Source: Marsupella aquatica
Taxonomy: Eukaryota; Plantae; Marchantiophyta
DNA: 64,000 bases
Reading direction: 5' to 3'
NCBI GenBank assembly: GCA_973895155.1
Contig: OZ316892.1
Span: forward strand, 21,329,619-21,393,618
Under the pieces are notes generated by a model. That model did no database searches. It was not told where the DNA came from and saw only the letters and a program-made list of their open reading frames with translations. Each line of letters opens with the position of its first letter. Within the stretch, counting starts at the first letter, position 1. Positions 12,773 through 25,330 of the stretch are shown piece by piece. The translations under genes and the position numbers were made by a program.

Positions 12773-15700
12773 AATGTGCGGCCTAGTCAAGATATGTTGC
12801 CAAGGAGGTTGAGAGCTACATATCAAGAAATGGGCTTGCCACAAGACGGGGAAACATCATCAGCAGATTCCTCATCAAGTGACAATGATAATGACAGTCC
12901 AGATGAAGGGGCACCTCGGACAGATTATGAGGTCATGCAAGACCAAGAGTCAGCCATGGATGACTTCATGACAGATTGGTTTGGTGTAGACATTGGTGGT
13001 GAAGGAGGTGTCCCACCCAATGAAGGAGACCCTCCACCAAATGTTGCACATGATCCAAGGCCTCAACGTACACCTGAAGGACAAAAACAATGGGAAGAAG
13101 CTGAGGCACATGCTAGAACACCTATTTATGGGGGTGCTCGTTTGAATAGACTATCTGCCATCTTGGCATTGATGAATCTTCAGGCAAAACACAAGGCAAG
13201 CAATGCGCTACTATCGGATTTGTTTGCAATTTGCCATGATCTCTTGTTACCTAGTGAAAATGTGTTGCCAGGAACTTGGAAGGAGGCAAAGAGGGTTCTA
13301 TCATCCATTGGCATGGAATACCATATCATTCATGCTTGTGTGAATGACTGCATTCTCTATCATGAGACCAATGCCAGCGCAACTGAGTGTCCAATTTGTC
13401 AAGAGCCTCGATATGAAACCAACATGTTGACCTCAAAGGTGCCTAGAAAAGCTGTTCGTTGGTTTCCTATTATTCCTCGATTGTTGCACATGTACCGATG
13501 TTCTAACTTGGCAGAATTGATGGTATGGCATAAGACACATCGATCAGAGGCCGGTGTCATGCGGTTGCCAGTTGATTCCCCTGCTCACAAGCATGTGGAG
13601 TCACAATGGCCAAAATTTGCACGTGACCCTCGTCATGTGAGGTTGGGGTTGGCATCAGATGGGGTAAGCCCACACTCCCTTGGAGGGAAAGGGCGCCCTA
13701 CTTCGGTTTGGCCGGTGGTTGTTATGAATTACAACCTTCCCCATGGTTGTCCATGAAAAAGGGATTCTTATTGCTATCATTGATTATCCCAGGTCCATCT
13801 AAGGTAAAAAACATGGACACCTACTTGGCGCTCTTGGTTGGGGAACTCCATAAATTATGGGGGGGTGTATGGGCATATGATGGTCGGACAACTACAGGAG
13901 GGTTACCACGTGTCTTCCAATTGAAGGGAATCATTATGTGGACCATGCATGACTATCCAGGTGAGTGGTATGGATTTGTATTTTTTTCATGTATTGGAGA
14001 TCAAGTTTGTTTGGAAGGAAGTCCCTCTTTAATTCTATGTACATGAACTTTTCAATTCCTTTGACTCTAATTGAGAATGTTATTTTGTGAGCAGGGTTTG
14101 GGTTTGTTTCTGGGTTCCAAACTCAAGGGTACAAGGCATGCTCCACTTGTGGTCCAAGCCTTCACGATATGGCCAAGTACTCAAAATGGCTGCACAAGAT
14201 AATCTACCTTGGTCATACCAAGTTTCTTCCACTTGGGCATCACATGAGGTCTGACCCCCTTTTGTTTTCAGACTTTGACATGATCAATGATGATGAGCGT
14301 GAGATACCTGACCGCACAACATTTTCGTATTGGAAGTCCATAGCTGATAGGGTGGCCGACCCTGAAGATGCCATGGGATTTGATGGTAGTGGATTGACAA
14401 GGTGGGGTATACTGGCCACTTTGCCCTATTGGCCTGAGTTGAAGATTCATCACTTGTTAGACCCCATGCATATAGAGGGAAATGTTGGGAAGGCTTTGAT
14501 CAAGCACTTTTATGGGGAAAAGAACATTAATTTTAGGGAGGCATGCCAGGATCTAGAACGACATCTAGATGTATGGATAACAGTTGATGAATCCACAGGG
14601 ATGGAACATCGTCCTTCAGCTCCATGGGTTTTGAGTGTTGGTGAAAGAAGAGAGTTTCGACAACGCATAGGGCAGATGCGGTTTCCTACAGGCTATGGTG
14701 CCAATCTACGTAAGGCTTTTGGGATGGAGGACAGTCATAAATGGCCAATGTATCTCAAGACACATGACTATCATCATTTACTACAACATATACTTCCTGT
14801 GGCAATCATAGGTTTGGGGAGTGAAGAAGTGCAAGACGCCCTTTGGTCACTGGGCACTTTGTTGAGATGGATATGCTCAAAGGAAATATATGAAGAAGAG
14901 ATACCACGGATGGAGGTATTGGCAGCAGAGGTGGTATGCAAGTTGGAGAAGGCCCTCCCTCCTTCCTTCTTTGATTGTCAGGTGCATCTTCTCGTTCATC
15001 TTACAGTGAGGGAGGTTGCCATTGCCGGTCCGGTGCATTGTAGGTGGATGTATTGGCTGGAAAGGTATATGGCCGTGTTAAAGGCTTATGTACGGAACCG
15101 TGCACGAGTGGAGGGGAGCATGGCAACTGGATACTTGGCAGCTGAGAGTATGTTTTATTGTAGTAACATCTTAGCTACCATTGATCCTAGTTTTCCACGC
15201 ACTTGGATGGAAGAGAGGGAAGTGGAGGAGGACCGTTTAACAGGTGCAAAAAAAACACGCTTACTAACCGCAGTGGAGTTGACACAGGTTAGTACTTTCA
15301 TGTTGAGTAACAGCAATGTGATGGAAGATTGGAGAGAGTTTTATGAGGATGCAAAGAGGGAGAGTCGTCGCCCAAGGATCTTTCCAAAGTTCCTTGAGTA
15401 TATGAAGGAGAAAGTACTTCAGTTGGATGCTATGGTGGCCCAAGGTGAGAATGTATCACATTTTCCAGATATGACTCCTGAGGTTCGAACAATTGTTCAT
15501 GGTCCTTTAAGACTTGTTCAAACCAGAACAGCAATGTGGACACAAGGGAGGCATTTCAGGATTTCTGACCTTGATGAGAAGAGGGGAAGAACTTTTGATT
15601 GTGGAGTTCAAGGGCAGTTCATGCAAGATTCACAAAGTAGCCATCATGACACTAATGTAATCAGAGATGTGGTGCCTCACTATGGGAAGATTGAGGAGAT

Positions 15701-16043
15701 CTTGATCATATCCTATGATGCCGATTCCAAATTTGAAGAGTATGTCTTCAAGTGTAAGTGGTTCAAAATTCACCTGGTTGGTGATAATCGCACGGTACTT
15801 CTTGATGAGTGTGGGTTTACTCGACTGAAGACATCAGCAACTAGCTTTCAACCATCTCATTGGCAAACATCTGAACCATTTACATTCCCAAGTCACCTTG
15901 AGCAGTGTTTCTATATTCCGTACCCACCAGACCTAGAGTGGTCAGTTGTTATACCGTATGTGCCACGGTCCCGTTCCATTATCTCGGAAAAACCTGACGT
16001 TATTATTGTGTCAAATGGAGGCGAGGATGAGGACCAGGTTTGA
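12773..16043 (+). pseudogene. CACTA Tnp2/TnpD transposase (Transposase_21, DUF4218, DUF4216-like)
   Basis: HACVNDCILY, RLGLASDGVSP, YNLPP(W), HDYPG, LDPMHIEGNV, KTHDYH, GPVHCRWMYWLERYM, EPFTFPSHLEQCFY. Frameshift ~13740; intron ~13962-14095. Confidence 0.95.
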
Positions 16044-17408
16044 TGCACTAGTAGTAAAACTTGTTGTGGGCCCAGAATTTGACCCTAAACTAACTATCAT
16101 GGTTTTATTTATATTAACATATTACTTTTCTTCTTTTGTTTTACAAACACTTAATTGGACTTTGAAATTTCATCTCACTGTTATATATGCAACCTTAGCC
16201 GTTTCCAAAGCTATCCTCATGCATGCCACCTTTTCGAAAACCCTAGCTGTAACCTAAACACATGCATTCTCCATCTTGTAAAGAAACTCTCTCAAACATT
16301 TCCATTCTACAAAATTTTCAAACAACTCTCTTTGCAAAACATTTTCAAGCTTGTCAAGAAGCAACTTCTGAACACTTTGTGAATAACACACCATCGGTAA
16401 TTGTGATGCCAATGTGTTCTCAACTTTGCGAATCAACTGGATTCGGTAACTTGCGACTATTTATGCTTCACAATATTGTGCGAAGCTAATAGGTTCACAA
16501 TATATATTTGAGTACATTATTATCGCTAAATTATGAAACAAAAGAGATCCAAATGCAGTCGCGATGGTCGCGGATCCACAAATACTTTGCGAGACGAATA
16601 GTATCTGAAAGAGTTGCGAATTCAATCCGATCTCAAACAAATTGCGAGGTATTTAGCTTCGCAACACCATGTTGCGAACCTGTGAGCATGGTTTATTGTG
16701 ATGCGTGTTTGATCACAAAATATCTGAAGTCGATGACATTGCAAGACCATCCCGGCGTAAAAAAAAAGCTTCGCAAAAGGGGCCAATATGTAGTAGTGCT
16801 TGTGAAGCAGCCAATTCTGACTGTTGCTGAAGTAAGGAGTTTGATTCCGTTGTAGTGTAGTTGACTTAATCTCTATTATCCGTTGAGGTGAACGTTTCAG
16901 CGTCCCTAATTTTGTCGCCTTTTTGGTTTTCAGAACAGAGGAAAGTCGTCCACCTCACTAATTATATTGCGTATGCAATGTTAGCGAGGGTCTAGTACTA
17001 TTCTATACGTATCGGCAATAGTGTTTATTTTGCTAGCGAGGTCTCTGGCGTTAAACCCGTAAAGTAAAGTTTTATGTTTCCCGTAAACGGTTTCTTTTTG
17101 ACCAAGTTCTACATAACGTAGAGTTCAATAACTCATGTACTTTAATTGGTTTTTGGATATACATTCGGAGAAACAAACCATTTTAGTCACGCATAGTTTT
17201 GCTAGCGATGTCGCTAGCAAAACTAGTACTGTAAGTCCAAACATTGCAGTCGGAAATCTTCTCAAGAAGTTATTTCAAAATGAACAAAGATGTTCTCCCT
17301 TACAACTGTGTGTCGATATCACGTTTTCGGATCCCAGATCTACAAAATAGACACAGTCTACAAAATGTCTATGCCCTTACAACATGGACTACCGTTACTG
17401 TTTCCTAT

Positions 17409-17840
17409 TCAAGGGCTCGCTGCCTTGTACGCATCGGAGTCAGAGTCGGAGACTGTATCATAGTCGGAGGAAGCGAGGATGTTTTCCGTGAAATAGTCGT
17501 GGATCTCGAGGTCCCTCCAGTATGACTCCTCCTCTTCTCTCTTCCACTTCGCCGATACCCCCTTACAGACAGGCGCTTTCGAACGAGAAGAAACTTGTGT
17601 GTGGGAGACCGGATTCGTCAATGTCTCCTTACAAGGTGCGGCCGTCTTGTAGTCCTTGGACAGGACGGGAGCCTTGCTACCGGAAGGGGATGTACTCCTC
17701 TTAGGTTCGTCGACAGTACTCTGAGTCTGCTCCGATTATGTGGACCTTGGAGGTGAATCCAGTTGACCGTCAGTTTTGGCGTTATATCGCCGAACTTCCA
17801 GAATCCATTTACGAGAAGATCCACCCTCGTTCCGTGCCAT
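17409..17840 (-). other. Possible small third gene of MULE copy 1 (unknown function, disrupted)
   Basis: ATG at ~17840 just after an acceptor-like TTTCAG; ORF fragments with an acidic tail (YWRDLEIHDYF..SDSDSD); flanked by the element palindromes. No recognisable domain. Confidence 0.3.
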
Positions 17841-19652
17841 TTCTCCCTGAAACGAAAACAAATGCGATAAGTTTACTTGAAATCTTTCGAAAAGTCTTCT
17901 TATGTTGACGAACAAGAAAGCGAATGACAACGAATACCTGATAGAACACCAAACTGCAAGTGGACAACATATGATAGAGAACGGGGATACCTCGATCCGG
18001 ATCCGAGCGGAAAATGTATGCTCCTTGCTTCGACGATAGTAACGACAGTTTCCAGGATGACAGTAGCTTCGCTGACAGTAGCAGAGGTCACAGAAGGGCT
18101 TCGACAATCGGGAACACAACAAGCAAATCGCGCTTCGAGTAAGCGTCGAGCCCAATAAAAGTCTGAAAGAATGGCTGAAAGGAAATGAATGGAAATGTTT
18201 CTTAAGGAGCGAGTAAGATATAGGGGATGGTGGATAGCTGGAGATCCTTCCCAACGGATTGGGATCTTGTCTGTTGGTTGTACTTAGATCTTGTCTGTTG
18301 TGAATTTCACGCTCGGTGTCCGGATGAAGCTTTGGATTCTGTCCTTGGATGCGCTCCCGAGATTGTTTAAGTCAAAAGACATGCTTCCTTGTCCCGTGTC
18401 ATTATGATTTATTCACGTCTTTAACGACTGCACGCCAAAGTTCGTGCGAGAATTATGGGTGTCACGATTGCTAGCGATTTCGCTGGCCTGACGTACGTTC
18501 CATGATGATGGTCACTTATAGGGTCTTTAAGTGGACTGTTGTGCAACGATTACGTGATATGTAAAAATGTGCGAGAATGATGGGCATAGTTATGACTAGC
18601 GACTTCGCTGTCCTGATGTACGGTAGAATTATATGTTGAATTATGGTGCCGTAGACGACCGTTCGTGTCCGGGGAATACGTAATATGTACCAATGCATCG
18701 TCGGGATCGCTTTTTAAACCCAATGGGAGTTAAATAAATAGGTGGAATAGAAGGTTCCTTTTAGGCTAGCGAGTGTCACTTTTTGCTAGCGATGTTGTTT
18801 TCGTGCTAAATTTTGGGTATTCCAAGGAGAAAATGATCCCGTGCGAGGAAATATTTTACTGTTTCCTCACACGCTACAATGACCCCTTTATAAGGAGCAC
18901 TCTTCCTTCATTCTACTTCATTCTTCTCACTTTGTGTCTACGCTCACCTTGTTTTGGTACGTGTCCATTGCAGTAAGTCATCTGGCTTGTTCATGTTCAG
19001 CCTCTGATGTGAAAGCTCATCGCAGTTGTACTCCTTAGAAACATTATAGCATTCCAGTTCCACTTTTACTTTTGGGGGAAACCCCCTCTAAAGTCCCGAC
19101 TGTTATAGACAATCTCGGCCTCTCCCGAAATCTAACAGGAATTCTATATAATGTCGGAGTACTTTCTGACCACTTTTGCGTTTGGTGGAGGCTTCTCTAC
19201 AGCCCTGTTATAGACAATCTCCATCTCTTCCTACTTTTAATTCTTGCGCAGGTTCTGGTCCTACACAACACTACGCCGTCCGTTGGTTTCTTTGATCGTC
19301 ATCGAACTCCCTGTACGTACTTCAAACCCACTTGAAACCCTACGTCCCTCTTACTTCTAGCTTTGTGTATTATCAATCAATCGAATCAGTATTCCTCCTG
19401 CCAGTGTAGTGAGATGTACGTAGTTTCATGGATTTAATATAGATCGATCAAATATGCGGTCTGAACTTCTCAACAGGTTTTTGGCTCCATAAGGAGATAT
19501 CTTTGGTCAAGAAATTTCATCGCAGAAACTACGTACATGTCCTTTTAGTAAGGAGATCGGGAGGTATCAACTACTAATATGGTGACTGTTTTCTTGCGTC
19601 AAACTTCCACGTACTTCGAAGACCAGTTCATTTTGTGGACCCTCAAGACATC

Positions 19653-20778
19653 ATGTCATTTCGATCGGAAGAACTTCTTCCAGGGATACCCAATAATGTG
19701 GCGTTGATGAAGATTACGACCAGATTACGAAGGAGAGACGTGGCTCTCCTGTCTTCACTTAATCATAGTTGGCAGCAAGTGATTAGAAGCCGACTTGTGT
19801 ACAATGCCAGAGTTTGCTGCCATTCACTAGAAACTTCTATAATCCTCCGGATTGGCACTAGTTTTTCTCAAATACACGATGGGATTTATCTTTATTCCCC
19901 CAATGACGAGAGTCTGTACCAACTTCCTCAAGTTCCACATGCTGTATTCGGGGCTGTATTTAGGTCCTCCAAGTTCATGGCTCTGGACGGTAACCTATAT
20001 GCCTTGGGAGGGATGAGCACAAATAATCGGAGCTACCAAAGAATGCACGTGTTGGATCTGGCAGCTGGGGATATACACTGGAAGGAGTGTGCAGCTATGC
20101 TACAACCAAAAATCTCCTTCCAATGTGGTATTATGGATGAAAAGCTGTATGTATTCGGTGGTACTTCCCCTGAGGATCCAACGTCCTATAGTTGTGCATC
20201 AGAGTTGTATGATCCCAAACTGGATGCCTGGTCTCCAATAAAGCCAATGGTACATGAGCAACTCCCCGTTCGAGTTATACATATGGGCGAGGAACTCTTT
20301 GTGGCCTGTCGAAATGGACTGGCATCATCATGGCAGGTTTATCATCCACTCAAGGATGAGTGGAGAGTGGTGAAACCAAGGACGGATCTGGCTGACAGAT
20401 TTTCAAATATTGAAAGCGTTTTCATGATGCAAGGAAAGTTCTATTCAGCCGACTCTGATGGATTCCATGTTTACAACAGTGACAACAAAACATGGGATCG
20501 TTGGTCGTCCATAGCGTATGATGGATTGGGACCCAACGAACTCGGTCAAGCTTGATCCATATTCAATTGTAACAGTTAATAATGAACTGTTTGCAATGGT
20601 GCGGTGGAAAAGGCAAGACATTGACCGAACCAAAAGATGGTATGTCCTTCGAAGCAGCGGATTCAGTAGCAACAACAGACCGGTTGTGTGGTTGATTAGT
20701 GATTGCCCTCCGGCATATGATACTTTACTGTCAAATTACTTTAATCCTCTACAATTGCTGTGTCCTATTGAGCTTTGA
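19653..20778 (+). pseudogene. F-box/kelch-repeat protein with frameshift near the C-terminus
   Basis: LLPGIPNNVALMKI..L..SWQQVI F-box; kelch repeats LYALGG, LYVFGG..ELYDPKLDAWSPIKPM; frame change at ~20540-20555. Confidence 0.85.
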
Positions 20779-21684
20779 ACAGAATCATGGAGCCGATTCC
20801 TCAATAAAATTTGTTGACCTATTGCAGTAGTGTTTCCTTTCCTATATAAGATATATATGATATTCCTTGTGATCGAAATGTGATCATATGAAGATCTGAC
20901 ATTATTGTTCACCAAAAGGAGCTGAATCCTTCCCTTCCACTTATGTAAGTTTAAGATCTCCATCCTTTTAGTGGGTGTGCTACGAGTGGGTAGTATAAGA
21001 TTCTTCTGAGCAATTAATGTCTGGACTGATTAATTTCGATTTTCGTCTTCAAACCTCTTGTGAGGATTTTAATAATCAGCTGCGGTTTTGACATGTGTGA
21101 TTGATCAGTTCTCAACATAGAGGTGTTGGTGGTATATGAAGAGATACTGCAGTACGTTCTTTTCATTTTTTCAATAATGAAAAGTATTGAAAGACATTTC
21201 AAAGTATTGTGGATCATTGGTACACAATGAAATGATCCATTAAAATTAAGTGGATCATTGGTACACATGTATCATGATTGAAGTCAAATAGTAACTTATA
21301 AACAAGTTCACGGTGAAGTCAAGCGTCTCTCCATTATCATGGTAATTCAAATACAATTCATTGTCTAAAAATGCAATGTTGGGTATGCAATCAACTTGAC
21401 CTTACTGCAATTATGGTCAAATGTAAACAAAGTCTTTAGATATTGCATCTTGAGCCTCACTCACGACTTGTGATGCACTTATTCTAAATTTCTAGATGGA
21501 CAGATCCACTTTTACAATTAGAGACTAATCCGCTTAAAGTTGTCCTCAGAAAATATATCTGCACTACATATCTGCTCAAGATCTTCACGGAATATGTGAA
21601 GTACTGGCAATTGCTGTTGTTCCCTCCCTTCAATAATGAAAGTCTCGATGAAGCCATCGTCTAGACCCGGCCCTCCCGCCGGCC

Positions 21685-23364
21685 CTAAGCCATCATCTGG
21701 ACCCACGTTGCTTTGCTGGGGATTCCGTCGTGGACGACGAAGAGCATGTAGTAAGAGGCAGGTGCAATGATGACGCTTGGAGGCGCTATTCCAGAGATAG
21801 TATACGAATCGCCTCCAAGAGATACTGGACGTCCAGTGATGGCAAGAACTAGCTGCCGTTGCCCCTGACTGAAGGCGTGTGTTGTGAAGGGTGCACTGTT
21901 CATAACGAGAGTCACTGTTCCCACTGGAGCCGTGGCGATGGTGAAGTTAAGCGCGAACGCAGTACCATACTTTAGAGTGGCTGGGGCGGATGTAATGCTT
22001 GGCCTAGAGGCATCATTGGACGAATCCAAGTATGGTGGTGAGAATGCCTCCACTCGAAGCTCCGTGGGAAATGGTCCCGTGAAAGTGTAGAAATGATGGG
22101 TGTTGCTGCCAGCGATAAGAATGCGACCATCGGGAAGGAGATTTGCTGTGGAATGGTACATGCGAGGGATTGTGGTTGGACTCCAAGTGGTGAAACGGGA
22201 CCCGGCAGTTGCATTGGGGTTGTAGTTCACCGGACTCAAGCATGGATTGGTCGCGTCACCCCAGCCCTCAGAACCATTTTTTGCCCCGTTTACTATTAAT
22301 AAAGTCTGATCGGGAAGCAGGACCATGTCACCCATCGTGCGTGGTGTTGGCATGGTCTCCATAGACCAAGTCGGGGTTGGGTCCGTGGCAACAATACGGC
22401 CGCAGGAGTTAGTGGCTGGATACTGAGCACCCGGGTTCATGAACGCTCCCAGCTGGGCACCACCGCAAACTAGAATCTCAGCTCTCGCATATCCATCCGT
22501 GGATCGAAGGGCCAACATGACAGAGCTCCCCGCAGAAGGGTAGTTGCGAGGACCTCCTGGAAGCGGAGGAAAATTGGATATAGTTTTGGCCGTTGTGTAG
22601 TCGTAAAGGATGGACAGGTTGTTTGCGAATATGAAAAGATTGCCATTGGGGAGGAGATGCACGTACGGGTACAGATTGTCGTTCTCATGGTCGCTGGTGA
22701 CTACCAGTAAATCAAGAATTGTGGAGTTCGATCCAGCCGGAGGAACGAACTCAACATAGGGAGTCGCACGGCCACCCACCACAATCAGTCGCCCATCAGG
22801 CAAGAGCTGGTTAGTTGAATACCATCGAGGCTGCTGTAGGGATGTAGTTTCGTCCTCCACCCAATCACAGGTTCCATCTGATTCGGGACATGGAGTGAAG
22901 CGCCGTATCTTCGTCAGCCCGTCGAAGTCCCCTCCCGTCTGCACTAGCACTCCACTGGCATCGAACTGACCGGACGAGCACCAAGTGTCTGTTGATATGA
23001 AGAGAGGGTGAACGAGATTAGTATCGGGGTAGAATTCCACCGAATGCGCAGTGCAGTCGTGTTTCAATATGAGGTCGTTTGGATCGTCTCGGCACTTTCC
23101 ATTGGGCAGACTTATGTTTGATGGGCCTGTGTCAGTTCTGTCCAGAAAAATGGCCGTGCCAAAATGTGTGATTGCGGTATGCATCGACGCGATTCCTACG
23201 TTCTCAGATAAAAGAGACCAATTGCCCTGCGCGCTCACTCGCGGCAGCATTACAGCGTCCCTCCATAACTGCAACAACACAATGCACACCAAGGCCGCTG
23301 CTCCTCTATTCCATCTAACAAGAAGGCTGCCCTTCATCTGCGACTCCGACCAACTGCCCATCAT
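21685..23364 (-). CDS. Secreted copper-radical aldehyde/glyoxal oxidase (GLOX, AA5), intronless
   Basis: GIASMH, DCTAHS, TDTWCSSG, RWYSTNQLLPDG, NLYPYVHLLPNG, PRNYPSAGSS, RMYHSTANLLPDG, THAFSQGQR; N-terminal hydrophobic segment; intact frame. Confidence 0.95.
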   Translation of the reverse strand: MMGSWSESQMKGSLLVRWNRGAAALVCIVLLQLWRDAVMLPRVSAQGNWSLLSENVGIASMHTAITHFGTAIFLDRTDTGPSNISLPNGKCRDDPNDLILKHDCTAHSVEFYPDTNLVHPLFISTDTWCSSGQFDASGVLVQTGGDFDGLTKIRRFTPCPESDGTCDWVEDETTSLQQPRWYSTNQLLPDGRLIVVGGRATPYVEFVPPAGSNSTILDLLVVTSDHENDNLYPYVHLLPNGNLFIFANNLSILYDYTTAKTISNFPPLPGGPRNYPSAGSSVMLALRSTDGYARAEILVCGGAQLGAFMNPGAQYPATNSCGRIVATDPTPTWSMETMPTPRTMGDMVLLPDQTLLIVNGAKNGSEGWGDATNPCLSPVNYNPNATAGSRFTTWSPTTIPRMYHSTANLLPDGRILIAGSNTHHFYTFTGPFPTELRVEAFSPPYLDSSNDASRPSITSAPATLKYGTAFALNFTIATAPVGTVTLVMNSAPFTTHAFSQGQRQLVLAITGRPVSLGGDSYTISGIAPPSVIIAPASYYMLFVVHDGIPSKATWVQMMA

Positions 23365-23558
23365 GAATCTTGATCGCAGCAATGCAGGACGTTGAGTTGA
23401 ATTGCACTATGCCACACAATTCGAACTGTAAGCTTCAAGCAGGGTGTCACAATCCCAACATCGTTTGCTGCCCGCTTTCACATAGATAATTGAAGTTTTG
23501 CTGATGTCTAGTGACAGCCTTCTCTCTAGATACAGCACGGCTATCTGTTTAGGGTGAG

Positions 23559-23644
23559 AAAGAAACCCAAGTGTGTGAACGGTACACTAGCGGCAAGTGC
23601 AAAAGAAACCCAAGTGTGTGAACGGTACACTAGCGGCAAGTGCA
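23559..23644 (+). repeat. Perfect 43-bp tandem duplication upstream of GLOX
   Basis: AAAGAAACCCAAGTGTGTGAACGGTACACTAGCGGCAAGTGCA x2. Confidence 0.9.
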
Positions 23645-23869
23645 GTGAGATTTTTTCCCGGCAGCGCGCTGCTGGGTAGGAGTTCGCACTCCTCTAGCTC
23701 GTCTCTTGAAATTACTCTCAGCTCGTGCACAAGGAACTGGCCTCACCAGTGGTCATGCATGACACCTCCGTCCTGAGGTGGCTAGCAACTGTGGCTGCAC
23801 CTAGATGATTTGGTAACTCAGACAATTCTCAGGCCTTATGTATTGGGTCTTCTACTTCCGTGGATAACA

Positions 23870-25330
23870 CTACTGCCTTGGGCCATTAGCTTAGCTAATA
23901 CTGACCCGTGCTTAACGGTCTCAAGGCGTTTTTTAATCCGACCAATTGTTAAAATTTCTTATATCCTTACAAGCCCCTGTTTAACTATGGGTTTGATCAT
24001 AATGAATGCAGGGGTTACTTGGAATGCCCCAAGTCACCAGTACATGTGTCTAGGCATGGTAGCCCGGTATACATGGTTCAATATGTGCCTATAATAAGCA
24101 CATTTTTGGAGAATTCATTAGATGGTTGAGATCTCTTTTATTGGTATGAAACGCTAGACTGAGTGCGTGTTTTAACTCTCCCCGCCACACTCCCTCGCTC
24201 CCCAAAGTTTCGCACTCGGCCAGCGTCCCCCCTGACTCGGCCCCAGCTGGCATTCCTTGTCTTTCACTCAGTACTTTGTTTTTTGCAGGCTCGTTTTGTG
24301 CGTGTTTGTGTGAGTTTATGAGGTTTTTGTGAGGGATGCTTAGGGTTTACATGAGAAAACGTCAAGGCAGGCATTGAGGATACGCACGGGGTCAGACTTG
24401 GCATAAACCCCCCTAAACTACTGCCCTGGGCCATTAGCTTCACTAATACTGACCCATGCAACATCTCAAGGCATTTTTTAATCGTGTTTCCCCACTAATT
24501 GTTATAATGTCTTATAACCTTACAAGCCCTTGTTTAACAATGCGTTTATTATAATGAATGTAGGAGTTATTAAATCACAAATAACACTAGCCCTACTACC
24601 TCTCTTTGAACATGAGTAGTGGGGAGGACAATAAAATGTCCCCAAAATATATTCCTTAATCATAGTCTTTGAAGATCAATAAAATGATAAAAAAAATTCT
24701 GATGCATGTCATCATTTTGATAATCATACATTGGGTATGATATTCTTTCCTATGCACATCCCTGTTTCTTTGCACATATGTTATGGTGGAGCCATAGAGC
24801 ACTTTTTAAAATGTAAACAAAAACTTGACAAAGAGCATGCATGCCTATAGTTTGACATGCATCATAGTCATGTGTTTTCCCATCCACATAATGAGTCAGA
24901 CATGGAGTTCCTATCTAGACCCTTCACTCTAGAAGCCTAGGCCCCAACTCTAGCTTATAGTTGACACTTTATAAGTAGGATTTGACAAAGGTGTATAATA
25001 TGAGCTTGGAATGCCCCACTTGACCTCGGTACATGTGTTCAGACATGGTAGGCTGGACATGATTTAAAATGTGCATATAATAAGCACCTTTTTGGAGCAT
25101 TTATTAGACGTTTGAGATCTCTTTTATGGCTATAATGCAGTCCCCCCCCAAAAGTTATCCCAGCTCACTCGGCTCCCCCCTGGCATTAAGTGAGTGTCCC
25201 TGATTGAGTACTCGTTTTCTGCTTGTTTGGGTGAGTTTTTTAGGTTTTTGGGAGGGATGCTTAGGGTTTACACGAGAAAAATGTCAAGGCAGGCATTGAG
25301 GATACGCGCGGGGTCAACCTTGGCGGCGGG
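23870..25330. repeat. Degenerate, locally duplicated repeat fragments (probable non-autonomous TE remnants)
   Basis: CTACTGCC.TGGGCCATTAGCTT..CTAATACTGACCC at ~23870 and ~24420; TTGGAATGCCCC..TACATGTGT at ~24020 and ~25005; GAGGGATGCTTAGGGTTTACA..GTCAAGGCAGGCATTGAGGATACGC at ~24330 and ~25250. Confidence 0.6.

Larger units (their letters stand above)
7155..16798 (+). mobile_element. Complete CACTA (En/Spm) transposon, 9644 bp
   Basis: Ends CACTACAACACTATCGGCCGGTTTTGCGAAG and CTTCGCAAAAGGGGCCAATATGTAGTAGTG. 3-bp TSD CTT (7152-7154 / 16799-16801). Dense TTGCGA/TCGCAA subterminal motifs. Encodes a Tnp2-type transposase. Confidence 0.95.
3407..16855 (+). pseudogene. MULE transposase (GCM/WRKY-like Zn finger, DDE, C-terminal SWIM), copy 1, split by CACTA insertion
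   Basis: Exon 3407-5473, intron 5474-5634, exon 5635-7154, tail 16799-16855. Motifs: CAGILECHNLGC..CGFC..C..HMGFHDHP (GCM-like); FDVMH..IADNA..DAFH..AESAH (DDE with CxxH-position His); CSCDDF..CKHL (SWIM). TAG at 6247 and frameshift ~6860. The tail LVKQPILTVAEVR matches copy 2 LASQPILTVGEVR. Confidence 0.85.
1..18886. mobile_element. Large Mutator-like (MULE) DNA transposon, copy 1 (left end outside window; interrupted by CACTA 7155-16798)
   Basis: Same two-gene divergent layout as the TIR/TSD-bounded copy at 31480-42760. Its GCTAGCGA..TCGCTAGC palindromes continue to ~18800. Candidate right terminus ...ACTGTTTCCTCACACGCTACAATGACCCC (rc GGGGTCATTG...AGGAAACAG) resembles copy-2 termini. TSD cannot be checked. 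Confidence 0.75.
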
